Assembly: GCA_016699325.1 (NCBI GenBank)
Contig: CP064971.1
Coordinates: 1,819,636-1,883,635 of the forward strand
Direction of reading: 5' to 3'
Source: Methanolinea sp.
GTDB taxonomy: Archaea > Halobacteriota > Methanomicrobia > Methanomicrobiales > Methanospirillaceae
Length of the DNA: 64,000 nt
Shown one piece after another: positions 41,812-50,645 of this stretch (positions are counted from its first letter, which is position 1; every line of letters starts with the position of its first letter). A program made the position numbers and the translations under genes. Below the pieces are notes generated by a model. That model saw only the letters and a program-made list of their open reading frames with translations, did not search any database and was not told the DNA's origin.

Positions 41812-42159
41812 TCACCCCGGTTCCACCTGCGTTCTCCCGACAAAGAGCGGGGCCTTCCGCTGCTTCCCGGCAAGCAGCCTCGTGACCGACTGAAGCGGGG
41901 TGGTGTAATAGAACGGTTCGATGGTGAAGTTCAGCGCTTTCCCCGAGAAAGAACGCCGGACCGTTCCCGCCACCATGCCGGTGGACAGGAGCCGGACCGG
42001 TTGGGGTTCGCCGTTGATGGCCCTGGCAAGGTCCGGGAGCGGGACGCGGAACCCCCGGCTGTCAAGGTCGGACCGGACCACCATGTCCTCTCCCCGGATG
42101 TAAACCCGTCCGACCTTTTCAAACGCCGGTTCGACATGTTCGGTGACCGTCCAGGTCAA
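41812..42159 (-). CDS. Hypothetical protein (element gene)
   Basis: 115-aa ORF whose start overlaps the stop of the helicase gene by 4 nt. Confidence 0.5.
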   Translation of the reverse strand: MTWTVTEHVEPAFEKVGRVYIRGEDMVVRSDLDSRGFRVPLPDLARAINGEPQPVRLLSTGMVAGTVRRSFSGKALNFTIEPFYYTTPLQSVTRLLAGKQRKAPLFVGRTQVEPG

Positions 42160-44063
42160 CCGGCCACCTCCCCGTGATCCTGGATTGCGGCGATCCGCTG
42201 GTAACAGGTCTCGCAGAGTTTTGTCCCGGTACCCCGGTCGATATAGGTGGCCAGGTCAAGGTTACAGACAGTGCACCGGCAGAGGCTGGTGGTGAGCCGT
42301 TCCATCCGGGCAGGGTCGACGGTCCCGGGAAGGATGGTGGCTGACTGCTGGGCTCTCACCTTTGCCCGGTCATAGCAGTTCCTGCAGACCTGGTAGGGCT
42401 GCCAGCAGTCCTTCGGCCGGTTCTTCCGCTCCACGGTCAGCTTCTCGACATAGTGGGTCCAGGGGTGGCCGCACACCCGGCAGAAGGTGTGGTCAGGGAC
42501 CTCCAGGGGCTTGTAGTCCTGGGGCCGGATATGGATCTTTGCTGGAGCAGGCGGCCCGGGTTTCCTGCAGCATTGCAGCAGTCCTTCAGCAGGATCACGG
42601 TTTTCCAGGGGATAGGTCCGGCCCCTGTCCTGGCGCGGATCCTGAAACGGAGGCCCCTCCCTGGTTTTTTCGATCCTGTCCCCCAGCATTTCAGCAATTT
42701 CCCGTTCGCACGGGCCCTGCGTTCCATGACCTCCTGCCGACACGGTGTTCTCTGTATCCTGGGATTTGCTGGGGGATTGATCTGAACTAAGAATAATATC
42801 ATTATTACAGGTATTATTTTCCGGATCAGAGCCCGTAAATTCGTTTTCGAATCGTGCAGCAGTTTGCTGGGGATTGCTGAAGGATTGCTGTGATGCTGAA
42901 GGATGGTCCGGGTCGTCATCCAGCCATACCGATCCCCCCAGGGACCATGACCTGAAGAGCTCGCGGTCGAAGGTATAGGCATTGGTCCGCCTCCGCATCG
43001 AGGACGCCCCGTCTTCGCCATCGGTCACCACCGTCCGGTCGCAGAAGGAGATGGCCGGGCACTTCTCGAGCAGTCCGGAATACATGGTCCCCCTGCTGTC
43101 GTACCCGTGGATAAGCCGGTGCACGCAGCTGTTGCTCCAGCCGGTCTGCTTCTGGAGCTGGGGGATGGTGAACTCCTCCTGGTCGTTTTGGGAGATGATC
43201 CCGATCAGCGCCGATTCCCTCCAGGTGAGCTTGGTCTCCTGTCCCCCGGCAATACCGTTCAGGAGCTGGTAGAGCCGGGCTGCTTCCCGGAAGTCTTCGC
43301 GGGTAGCGGTGAGGCAGCGGGTCCGGCCGCAGGTGGTCTGTTCCCGCTGCATGTACCGCAGCACGGTGTTGGCCTTGATGAGGTCGAGCAGCATCTCAGG
43401 GTTTCTCCGGTTCGCATGGGCCACGAACCGGATGCTGGTCGCAAAGGGGATGATGACGTGGAACATCTGCCTCCCGATGTTCTCCCAGATCGCCTGGCAG
43501 GTCAGGACTTCCGGCCGTTCCTGTCCCTGGTCGTCCGGGGGGGCCTGGTCCCGCTGGAGGACCCGGGCGAGCACGCGGTCGTCCTGTTCGGCGGATTCGT
43601 CGATCCAGCAGGTGAGCATCCGGTTGAAGACCTGGTCGTCCCCTGCTCCTTCCACCTTTGCCACCCACCAGATGCACCGTTCCGGGATGGTGCAGACCTG
43701 CCCTTTCCGGTCCTTGCTGACCGTCCGGTAAAGGAATGGTTCCCGGAAGGAGGTGGTGACGCCTTTCAGGATCTCGGCCATGTCCTCCGAGAGCGTGGTG
43801 TCGTCGAACACGATCGCTGAGCCGGGCTGGAGGTCTTCGATGTAGAAGAGGGCTTTGTTGCTCATCCGCCCGGCCAGGCGGAACCGTGCAGGGACCTGCC
43901 GGAGGAGGGTGGTGAAGGCATGGCTCTTTCCTTTCCCGCTCTCACCGGTCACGGAGACGTGCAGTCCGTTGGTGTTGGTGACCGATCGCGAGGCAAGGGA
44001 CAGGATCATGCATTCGGCCGGGACTTCGTCGCCGACATGGTCGAGGGCAAAGGTCCGGAGCAA
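42156..44063 (-). CDS. P-loop (SF3-like) helicase part of the replicase, with C-terminal zinc ribbons; frame stays open upstream to ~44564
   Basis: Walker A VTGESGKGKSHAF, Walker B-like AIVFDD, and four CxxC pairs at the C-terminus. Upstream, the same frame reads PPHRRSRLLSVPGTLEVVPV...EHCPFSSAHRDG. Confidence 0.8.
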   Translation of the reverse strand: MLRTFALDHVGDEVPAECMILSLASRSVTNTNGLHVSVTGESGKGKSHAFTTLLRQVPARFRLAGRMSNKALFYIEDLQPGSAIVFDDTTLSEDMAEILKGVTTSFREPFLYRTVSKDRKGQVCTIPERCIWWVAKVEGAGDDQVFNRMLTCWIDESAEQDDRVLARVLQRDQAPPDDQGQERPEVLTCQAIWENIGRQMFHVIIPFATSIRFVAHANRRNPEMLLDLIKANTVLRYMQREQTTCGRTRCLTATREDFREAARLYQLLNGIAGGQETKLTWRESALIGIISQNDQEEFTIPQLQKQTGWSNSCVHRLIHGYDSRGTMYSGLLEKCPAISFCDRTVVTDGEDGASSMRRRTNAYTFDRELFRSWSLGGSVWLDDDPDHPSASQQSFSNPQQTAARFENEFTGSDPENNTCNNDIILSSDQSPSKSQDTENTVSAGGHGTQGPCEREIAEMLGDRIEKTREGPPFQDPRQDRGRTYPLENRDPAEGLLQCCRKPGPPAPAKIHIRPQDYKPLEVPDHTFCRVCGHPWTHYVEKLTVERKNRPKDCWQPYQVCRNCYDRAKVRAQQSATILPGTVDPARMERLTTSLCRCTVCNLDLATYIDRGTGTKLCETCYQRIAAIQDHGEVAG

Positions 44064-44503
44064 GAACTGCTTGGGGTCGCCGTGCCGGAGGAGTCCGAGG
44101 GCTTCGTTCTGGCACGGGATCCCGCCAGGGGTGGGGGGTGAGGACGCCGGTGTCCCGGGTTGTTCCTGCTGGTGCTCTGCCGGTGGCGGTCGTGCCTGTT
44201 TCTTCTTCTCTCCTTCGAAGGCCTCCCGGAGCTCGGGCCACCGTTGTGCCCCGGCGCCGCAGGAGGTGTGCTGGCAGCCGGCGTGGATGGCGCCGTTTGG
44301 GAACTGGATGGCAAAGGCTCCGTCCCGGTGGGCGCTGGAGAACGGGCAGTGTTCCAGGGCGTAGATGGTGCCGCCCTGGTAGGGTTTCTCGCGGGTGATC
44401 CCGATCCCGTGGTCTTTTAGCCAGGAGCCGAGGTCCAGGCGGTTGCCGGTCCGGGTGCCGGGTGGTGCGTCCGGGAGGGTGGCGGCCAGTTGTTCGAGGA
44501 GTT

Positions 44504-45190
44504 TTACGGGTACGACCTCCAGGGTCCCGGGGACCGAGAGGAGCCGCGACCGCCGGTGGGGAGGTCGGGGGTGTGGTCTCCTTTCCGGGAGAGAGTGCCG
44601 TAGAGTTTCCAGATCCGGGCGGCGTTGTGGTTCGCGGTATCGATGGTGGTGGTGGCGTCATCGAACATGGCGGCGAGCACTTCGAGGCACTGCCTGACGA
44701 GGTGCCGGGACCGGTCGTCGTTTTTGCAATCGATCCGGTAGAGGAGGTGGGCGCCGTTCCCCGAGTCGGCGATGACCGGGGCCGGCCATCCTTTCGCGGT
44801 CAGCAGGGCGGCCACCCGGGTGGCGGTGCCGATGGCTGCCTGGTGTTCCGGTCCGGTGGACGAGACGCCGGAGGGCCGGACGGGGTCGATGTCGATGGGA
44901 AGCCAGCGTCTCCGCAGGATGTCGGTGTCGGCGGTGGTGGCATCTTTCTTGCCGAGGCGGGTCTTGACCCGGTTCGCCCGGCGGGAGAGGAGGGCCGGGT
45001 TCACCTCGTTCAGGGTGATGTAGATACCCTGGATGCCGGGCAGGCCGTCCAGGGTGTCGACCGCGGTGGCGAGGGTGCCGGGGTCATCGAAGTACCCGCT
45101 GCCGGTTCCGTCTTCGGTGATGACCCGGACCTCTGCTACCTGTCCGGGAGGGCAGAGGAGCGCTGCAGCTTTGCAGGTCTCATGGCTCAT
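44504..45190 (-). CDS. Primase-polymerase (prim-pol) N-terminal domain of the same replicase, separated by a frameshift near 44565
   Basis: Motifs WLPIDIDP and ADSGNGAHLLYRI (prim-pol catalytic signatures). After KGDHTPD the conserved PHRRSRLL continues in the frame of ORF 42156..44063. Confidence 0.8.
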   Translation of the reverse strand: MSHETCKAAALLCPPGQVAEVRVITEDGTGSGYFDDPGTLATAVDTLDGLPGIQGIYITLNEVNPALLSRRANRVKTRLGKKDATTADTDILRRRWLPIDIDPVRPSGVSSTGPEHQAAIGTATRVAALLTAKGWPAPVIADSGNGAHLLYRIDCKNDDRSRHLVRQCLEVLAAMFDDATTTIDTANHNAARIWKLYGTLSRKGDHTPDLPTGGRGSSRSPGPWRSYP

Positions 45191-46197
45191 GGCCGGGCAC
45201 CTCCGGGTTTCTTCCGCCCCGGTGTTTCTCCTGGGAGAGGTCCGGGAGGTGGTATCGTGGCTGGTATTGGACCGTCGTCCTGGTGGTGATCCTGCATCTT
45301 ACGGCCCAACCGTGCTCCGGAAGGTGCCACCGTGGTCGGTATTGAGCTATCGTCCTGGTGGTGGTCCTGCATCTTACGGCCTAACCGTGGTCCGGAAGGT
45401 GCCACCGTGGTCGGTATTGAGCTATCGTCCTGGTGGTGGTACTGCATTTTACGGCCCAACCGTGCTCCTGGGACTGGTCCGGGAGGTGCCATCGTGGTCA
45501 GTATTGAGCTATCGTCCTGGTGATGGTCCTGCATCTTACGGCCCAACCGTGCTCCTAGGATTGGTCCGGGAGGTACCATCGTATCCGGTATTGAGCTATC
45601 GTCCTGGTGATGGCCCTGCATTTTACGGCCCAACCGTGCTCCGGAAAGGGGTCCGGGAGGTGCCATCATATCTGACATTGAGCCGTCGTCCTTGTGAAGA
45701 TCCTGCGTTTTACGGCCCAACCATGCTCCGGAGAGGGGTCCGGAAGGTGCCATTGTATCCGGTGGCTGTCCGTCGTCATGGTGGTGGTCCTGCATCTTAC
45801 GGCCCAACCGTGCTCCGAGGATTGGTCCGGGAGGTGCCATCGTATCTGGTGGTGGCCCGTCGTCCTGGTGATGGCCCTGCATTTTACGGCCCAACCATGC
45901 TCCGAGGACTGGTCCGGGAGGTGCCATCGTATCTGGTGGTGGCCCGTCGTCCTGGTGATGGTCCTCCATCTTACGGCCCAACCGTGCCCCGGGGAGGGGG
46001 GAGGGGTCATCCCCCTGGCCCGACGCCTGGGACCGGCCAGTGATCAGCTCGCAGGACCAGACGGTCTCCTTCCCGAAACGGCGGCTTGTGGCAGCGGCAC
46101 AGTTCCTGCCCTGGCAAAGGACGATGCCATGGGCATCTGACATGAAGGGGCAGATCTTCCGCTCTGACATGCGGCCGTTCTCATGTTCAGTCCACAT
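45187..46197 (-). CDS. Repeat protein: Cys-rich N-terminus plus ~9 tandem 25/29-aa repeats
   Basis: N-terminus CPFMSDAHGIVLCQGRNCAA, then repeats of the form GARLGRKMQDHHQDDGPPPDTMAPPGP. Start and stop overlap both neighbours. Confidence 0.6.
   Translation of the reverse strand: MWTEHENGRMSERKICPFMSDAHGIVLCQGRNCAAATSRRFGKETVWSCELITGRSQASGQGDDPSPLPGARLGRKMEDHHQDDGPPPDTMAPPGPVLGAWLGRKMQGHHQDDGPPPDTMAPPGPILGARLGRKMQDHHHDDGQPPDTMAPSGPLSGAWLGRKTQDLHKDDGSMSDMMAPPGPLSGARLGRKMQGHHQDDSSIPDTMVPPGPILGARLGRKMQDHHQDDSSILTTMAPPGPVPGARLGRKMQYHHQDDSSIPTTVAPSGPRLGRKMQDHHQDDSSIPTTVAPSGARLGRKMQDHHQDDGPIPATIPPPGPLPGETPGRKKPGGARP
45260..46010. repeat. Coding tandem repeat, units of 75 bp (x3) then 87 bp (x6)
   Basis: TTACGGCC recurs at 45299, 45374, 45449, 45536, 45623, 45710, 45797, 45884 and 45971. 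Confidence 0.9.
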
Positions 46198-46570
46198 ACT
46201 GCCCCTCCTCTGCGATCCCGCCCGGGTACACGGTGAAGATATGCCAGCATCCCGACCCGGTATAGACCCACAGCTCGACTTCTATCCCGTCCCACCGGGG
46301 GATGTCCTGGAGGGCCCGGACATCGTCACGCCAGTAGCGCATCACGTCGTCGATCCCGATGACTTCATGCCGGGTCCGTCTCACGTGCACGAGGAGCAGG
46401 TGGCATGTCCGCTCGCACCAGGCGACCAGGTGGATCGAGGTGGAGTAGCGCATGGTGCGGAACACGCTGTATCCCTTCCTGCTGAGGAACAAGCAGGCCT
46501 GCGATTCGGCGGTGCGGCCCCGCTGGGGGTAGGAAGCAGGCGCGGTAAGGGTGCACTTACGCCGTAGCAT
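46187..46570 (-). CDS. Hypothetical protein (element gene), faint PD-(D/E)xK/Hjc-like pattern
   Basis: The likely start is MLRRKCTL at 46570. The segment GYSVFR...IHLVAWCERTCHLLLVHVRRTR resembles a nuclease core, but the acidic residues are not conserved. Confidence 0.4.
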   Translation of the reverse strand: MLRRKCTLTAPASYPQRGRTAESQACLFLSRKGYSVFRTMRYSTSIHLVAWCERTCHLLLVHVRRTRHEVIGIDDVMRYWRDDVRALQDIPRWDGIEVELWVYTGSGCWHIFTVYPGGIAEEGQYVD

Positions 46571-46718
46571 CCGGCACCACTTCCTCACGTTCCGGGTTGG
46601 CTGGGCATTGCGGGTCCGGGCAGAGGCCACCGGCAGGAAGGGTGCAGAAAAACTCGGTCCACCTCCCGTTCTTCCGGTGGGCAAAATGCGGGCACTGCTT
46701 TGCCTTTTTCCGGGCCAT
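46557..46718 (-). CDS. Possible 53-aa zinc-finger protein
   Basis: MARKKAKQCPHFAHRKNGRWTEFFCTLPAGGLCPDPQCP contains a CxH...C...CxxxxC pattern. The ORF track starts further upstream, at 46886. Confidence 0.3.
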   Translation of the reverse strand: MARKKAKQCPHFAHRKNGRWTEFFCTLPAGGLCPDPQCPANPEREEVVPDATA

Positions 46719-47735
46719 CAGGCCACCTCCACGGGTCCGGGAGTGCGAAGGTTTTTTAACTTCCACAAAGAGGAGCTTAGGGGTCCCCTCCCTGTTCGAG
46801 CTGTGGTAGGCGTGAACAACCCGGGGGGGCCCGTTATTCTGCGCATCCTGCTTCCTCCCCGCCGGTGACGGCCTGGTGCTGGTCATGGCCCGGGTGGTTG
46901 TCTGCCAACAGTGCCTCCCGGTCTCTTGCTCGATGCCGGGACGGGGTTTTCTCCTGGTCCCGTAGGATTTTTAGAACTTTTTTGTTCATGCATACTTCCT
47001 GTATGTGACCATGAAGAGGGAAGAGTGGTATTTTGGGTCACATACAAAGGAAAGAAGAATGATCCGGCCCTTTAAATTTTTTGATTGGCGGAGTTCTGCC
47101 AATCCGGGGCCCTGTTTGTCCGAGCAATTACGAACTACCTGGGGGAACCTTTTAAGGAAACGACGGATGGGGTTGGATCCCGGATCGGGGTTTTTTCCAG
47201 GATGTTTTTATGCATCGGTGACAGGAATGTTCACCGCTGGGATTAACACGGTTGTCCAGGGCGCGGGAAGTGGGGGGTGGTGCAGAGCTGTTAATCAATC
47301 ATCCCCTATGCCAGGGAGTGGGCTGTTCTCACCGTATGAACGCTTGTTTGACGGTGTCAAACCCTGCTTTTCGCGGGTCTCTTTTCAACAAGACGCCTTC
47401 TCCCTATAGTTGAACCTGAGACCGGGCAAGTCCCGGTATTTCTTCATCGGGTGGCTCTTCATGATTTTCGAGGAGCATCGTTTTATCTGGGGTGTTTCCC
47501 GGACGAACAGGCCGGCAACCACGAGGAATGGAGAGGATCCCAACCGGAGCCAATATCCCCCTATTCATCGATCCGGGTATCCACGTGAACGTGTAAGAAC
47601 TTTGCAGGCTTAAAAAAGACATGACTTTTCCACTCTCTCTCCACAAGGATTCCTGCCCCTCGCCCCCGCCCCTCTCGCTGCACCGACACCGGTCCCGGGC
47701 CTGCAGGGGTATGGCGCCTCCTTCCCGGACAGGCC

Positions 47736-49349
47736 TCAGCCGCCCCTCAGCCGCTCCCCGAACCAGGGGACAAGATCCTTCTTCCGGGACAACATCCCCG
47801 GGAGATGCACCGGCTGAACGCCGAGCTCAAGGCGGCTTAAAAGGGCGGTGTCCCCGGCGGCAAAGAGATAACTCGCATCGTCCATGGCATTCGTGAACAT
47901 CCCGAGGTAGAGATCGACTCCACGCTGCACCCTCAGCCGGTTGAGATCCCCATGGATCTCCCCTTCATGCTCCCGGACAAAGTCCGGTGACGGGACCATG
48001 ACCTGGGCGATGATGACCTTCTTTCCAAAGATCTCATACTGCTTGGTATCCCTAGTGAGAAGCTCCCCCATGGCGACTCCTGGAAGGTTCATCCCCTGCT
48101 CGAGGAGCTGGATGCCATACCGGAAGGGGTCGATACCGGCGATGGATGCGAGAAAGGTCACCGCATCCCGGTCATGGCCGGTAGTCGTGGACGCCTTCAG
48201 GTTGAGGGTGTCGGAGAGGATCCCGGACAGGAGCATCCCCGCAACAGGCGGCTCCGGTTCCAGCCCGGCCTGGATGAACTTTTCGGCAATGATGGTCGAA
48301 GTGGACCCGACCGGGTCATTCAGGAACTTCACCGGCTTGAGAGTGGAGATGACGGCAAGGCGATGGTGGTCGATGATCTCGAGGATCTCGGCCTGCTCGA
48401 CTCCGTCGACTGCCTGGGACAACTCGTTGTGGTCCAGGAGGATGACTTTCCTCCGGATGTCGGGGACAAGGGTGGTCCTGGTGACGATGCCCCTCAGGGT
48501 GCCGTCCGGCTCCACCACGCAGGCGGCCCTGAACCTGGAACCAAAGACCGTCCTCTTCGCATGCTCGAGGGTGTCTGCAAGGGAGAGCCTGGGGATATCC
48601 GTCTCCATGACCATGCCCGCAGGAAGCAGGAGATCGAGCCTGTTCCCGATGGCGAAGACCTCAAGATCGGTCTCGAGGAGGGAGACCCCCTGTTCCCTGG
48701 CTTTCTCCATCACCCGTTCACCGGCCCGGGCACCGCCGGCAACGATGAGCCCCTTCACCCCGCCTGACAGGAGGGCCAGCTGCACCGCCTCATTGTCACC
48801 GACGATGGCAATGTCATGGTGCCCGGGCCTCTTCCCGGAGATATCCGGGGCATCTATGGCGACAAAGACCCGGCCCCCGATGGCATCGCCCCCTTCCACG
48901 AGGAGCCGTGCAGAGAGGGCGTTTGCAAGGGCCCCGGGAGTGCGGTCCGTGATGGTCCGGTCCCCGGTCTGCGTCCGGCAGACATAGTACCGGGTGAGCC
49001 CGTGCTCGCTGACCATGCCGACAAGCCTCCCGCGTCCATCGGTGACCGGGACATTCCGGATATCATGGGTATCCATGAGCGCCGCGATATCCGCGACCGG
49101 TACGTCGACAGCCACGCTGATCCGGCTGATGGAAAGGTCGGCGACCCGGGGCACGACGTCCTCGACAAGGAGGGGCGGCTCCACGCCAAAGGTTTCCAGC
49201 GCCCAGGTGGTCTCCTGGGAGAGTTCCCCGCAGCGTGCCGGGACATACCTTCCGGGACTTGCATGGTTCAACAGCGCCCCGTAACCGATGACGCTTCCTA
49301 TGCTGTCGGTGTCCGGCTGCCGGTGGCCCAGGACCAGTACCTTTTCCAT
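47736..49349 (-). CDS. ppaC: CBS-domain family II inorganic pyrophosphatase (DHH-CBS-CBS-DHHA2)
   Basis: MEKVLVLGHRQPDTDSIGS is the DHH motif. Two CBS repeats are inserted, followed by DHHRL and the DHHA2 C-terminus. The 164 codons upstream of 49349 in the ORF track look non-coding. Confidence 0.85.
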   Translation of the reverse strand: MEKVLVLGHRQPDTDSIGSVIGYGALLNHASPGRYVPARCGELSQETTWALETFGVEPPLLVEDVVPRVADLSISRISVAVDVPVADIAALMDTHDIRNVPVTDGRGRLVGMVSEHGLTRYYVCRTQTGDRTITDRTPGALANALSARLLVEGGDAIGGRVFVAIDAPDISGKRPGHHDIAIVGDNEAVQLALLSGGVKGLIVAGGARAGERVMEKAREQGVSLLETDLEVFAIGNRLDLLLPAGMVMETDIPRLSLADTLEHAKRTVFGSRFRAACVVEPDGTLRGIVTRTTLVPDIRRKVILLDHNELSQAVDGVEQAEILEIIDHHRLAVISTLKPVKFLNDPVGSTSTIIAEKFIQAGLEPEPPVAGMLLSGILSDTLNLKASTTTGHDRDAVTFLASIAGIDPFRYGIQLLEQGMNLPGVAMGELLTRDTKQYEIFGKKVIIAQVMVPSPDFVREHEGEIHGDLNRLRVQRGVDLYLGMFTNAMDDASYLFAAGDTALLSRLELGVQPVHLPGMLSRKKDLVPWFGERLRGG

Positions 49350-49770
49350 GTCATCTCCCATTTCTTTCCGCATACGTGGCACACCCCACCACATAAGAAC
49401 ATCGGATCCATCGCAGCAGCGGGTGCCTGGGAACACTCCCTGTCCCCGGCGTTCACCGGGCCGGTCGCAGTCACCCGCCCCGTCCAGGGCTGTGCAGCGG
49501 GAAAGGACCCGGTGCAGGACAGAGGAGGCAGGGAGAGAAACAGGCCGGAGCCGGGAGGTGCCCGAACCGAACCGGTCCAGGAAAGGCTTACAGGGACGGC
49601 CAGGGGAAAGAGGACGCTTCAAGGACCCGGGCCTGGTGCCCCCCAAGTGACCGGTGCTTCCCGGACCTGGTGCCCCCCCACTGACCGGTACTTCCCGGGC
49701 CAATGCCGATCCTTCACTTTCGCTCTCCGTGTGGCTGATCCTGTTGAGGCTGGAGACCAGAGTGACGGGT

Positions 49771-49992
49771 ATGAGTGAGGACCCTCCCCCAGTCAGGTGC
49801 CCGGGCTGTGGTTCAGTGTTCACTTCGCCGCTGGGTGACACCGGGATGTGGGAGTGCCACTATCACCTCTGTTGTGCCGTCTTTCCGGTGTGCTCGTCAA
49901 GGGGGCGGTACCAGGTGCCCCTGATAGCGGAAGATAAACCCCCCTACCTTCCCGAAATGAAAGGTGAACAGATCGAAACCTCTATGAAGTAA
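49771..49992 (+). CDS. Possible 73-aa zinc-ribbon protein
   Basis: MSEDPPPVRCPGCGSVF...WECHYHLCC is a Cys/His cluster. There is no other support. Confidence 0.3.
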   Translation: MSEDPPPVRCPGCGSVFTSPLGDTGMWECHYHLCCAVFPVCSSRGRYQVPLIAEDKPPYLPEMKGEQIETSMK

Positions 49993-50142
49993 CCCTCCTA
50001 TTCAAGTCTGTTCTGCAATGGGCATTCGCCCCGTCTTGTGCACCGTGGGAGTCCCTGCAGGGGACGCTTACGAAGACGGAAATCCGTGCAGGACAAACTC
50101 TCCGGGCGAGTTACTGCAATTCTCGCCACCTTGAAGGCCTGG

Positions 50143-50175
50143 TCACCCCGGTATTTGCCCTTTATACCGGGGTGA
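50143..50175. other. Perfect 12-bp hairpin with 9-nt loop, followed by a T6 tract
   Basis: TCACCCCGGTAT-TTGCCCTTT-ATACCGGGGTGA, then ...CAATTTTTTG. Further nested stems lie at 50040-50090. Confidence 0.6.
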
Positions 50176-50645
50176 TAGAGGCGTGACAATTTTTTGACCA
50201 GGTTTCGGGCAGCCATTCCAGGGGTGCAGGGGTAACGAATGAAAAAAAAAGGGCAAACCCGGTTTGATATGATAACCGTGATGTCACCGGAATGGTGGAG
50301 CGTTCCGGGCGGTTCGTTCGATGTCGATCGGATGATTTCCTGCGACAAACGGGCCTGGTTTTCCGGGGAAAGGTCCTGGTGAGAGCCCGATCAAGGGCCT
50401 GTCCGGTACATCGATCCTTTTTAACCAGTGACTCACGCCCGGAGGAGTTTTTCCTTCCGGGATTCGGTACAGAGGGGGAAAAAACCCTCGTTTTGGACAA
50501 TACCCGAAGAAGAATACAATACCCGGGCTTTGCGAGACCCGCTAACCATATCGGGAGACACCCCGGGGGCCTCGGTTCGGGTGCGGGATCTCTTCGAGAG
50601 AATTAGCTATTTATATTCCATACCCCATTTTATTCTCGTGAAGAA

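Larger units (their letters stand above)
40279..46990 (-). mobile_element. Integrated or remnant prim-pol/helicase element (plasmid- or virus-like), no integrase seen; distal boundary approximate
   Basis: A block of 9 co-oriented, overlapping minus-strand ORFs centred on a primase-polymerase/P-loop helicase. It starts exactly at the broken CRISPR repeat. Confidence 0.6.

Noticed and set aside
45033-46043. A 336-aa + strand ORF mirroring the repeat protein
   Set aside because: It is the antisense shadow of the in-frame tandem repeat. It has no unique N-terminal domain and no coupling to neighbouring genes, unlike the minus-strand ORF.
47005-47646. ORFs of 134 aa (+) and 80 aa (-) in the spacer between the element and the pyrophosphatase gene, plus a search there for an integrase, a tRNA or an att site
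   Set aside because: The sequences have no recognisable motifs and odd composition. I found no tRNA-like T-arm, no integrase signature and no copy of the missing repeat half. I noted only a 9-bp inverted repeat (ATGTGACC...GGTCACAT near 47010-47045).
50360-50400. GGGGAAAGGTCCTGG, which resembles the RNase P RNA CR-I motif (GAGGAAAGUCCGGGC)
   Set aside because: The match is short and imperfect, and none of the other conserved RNase P regions could be found nearby.
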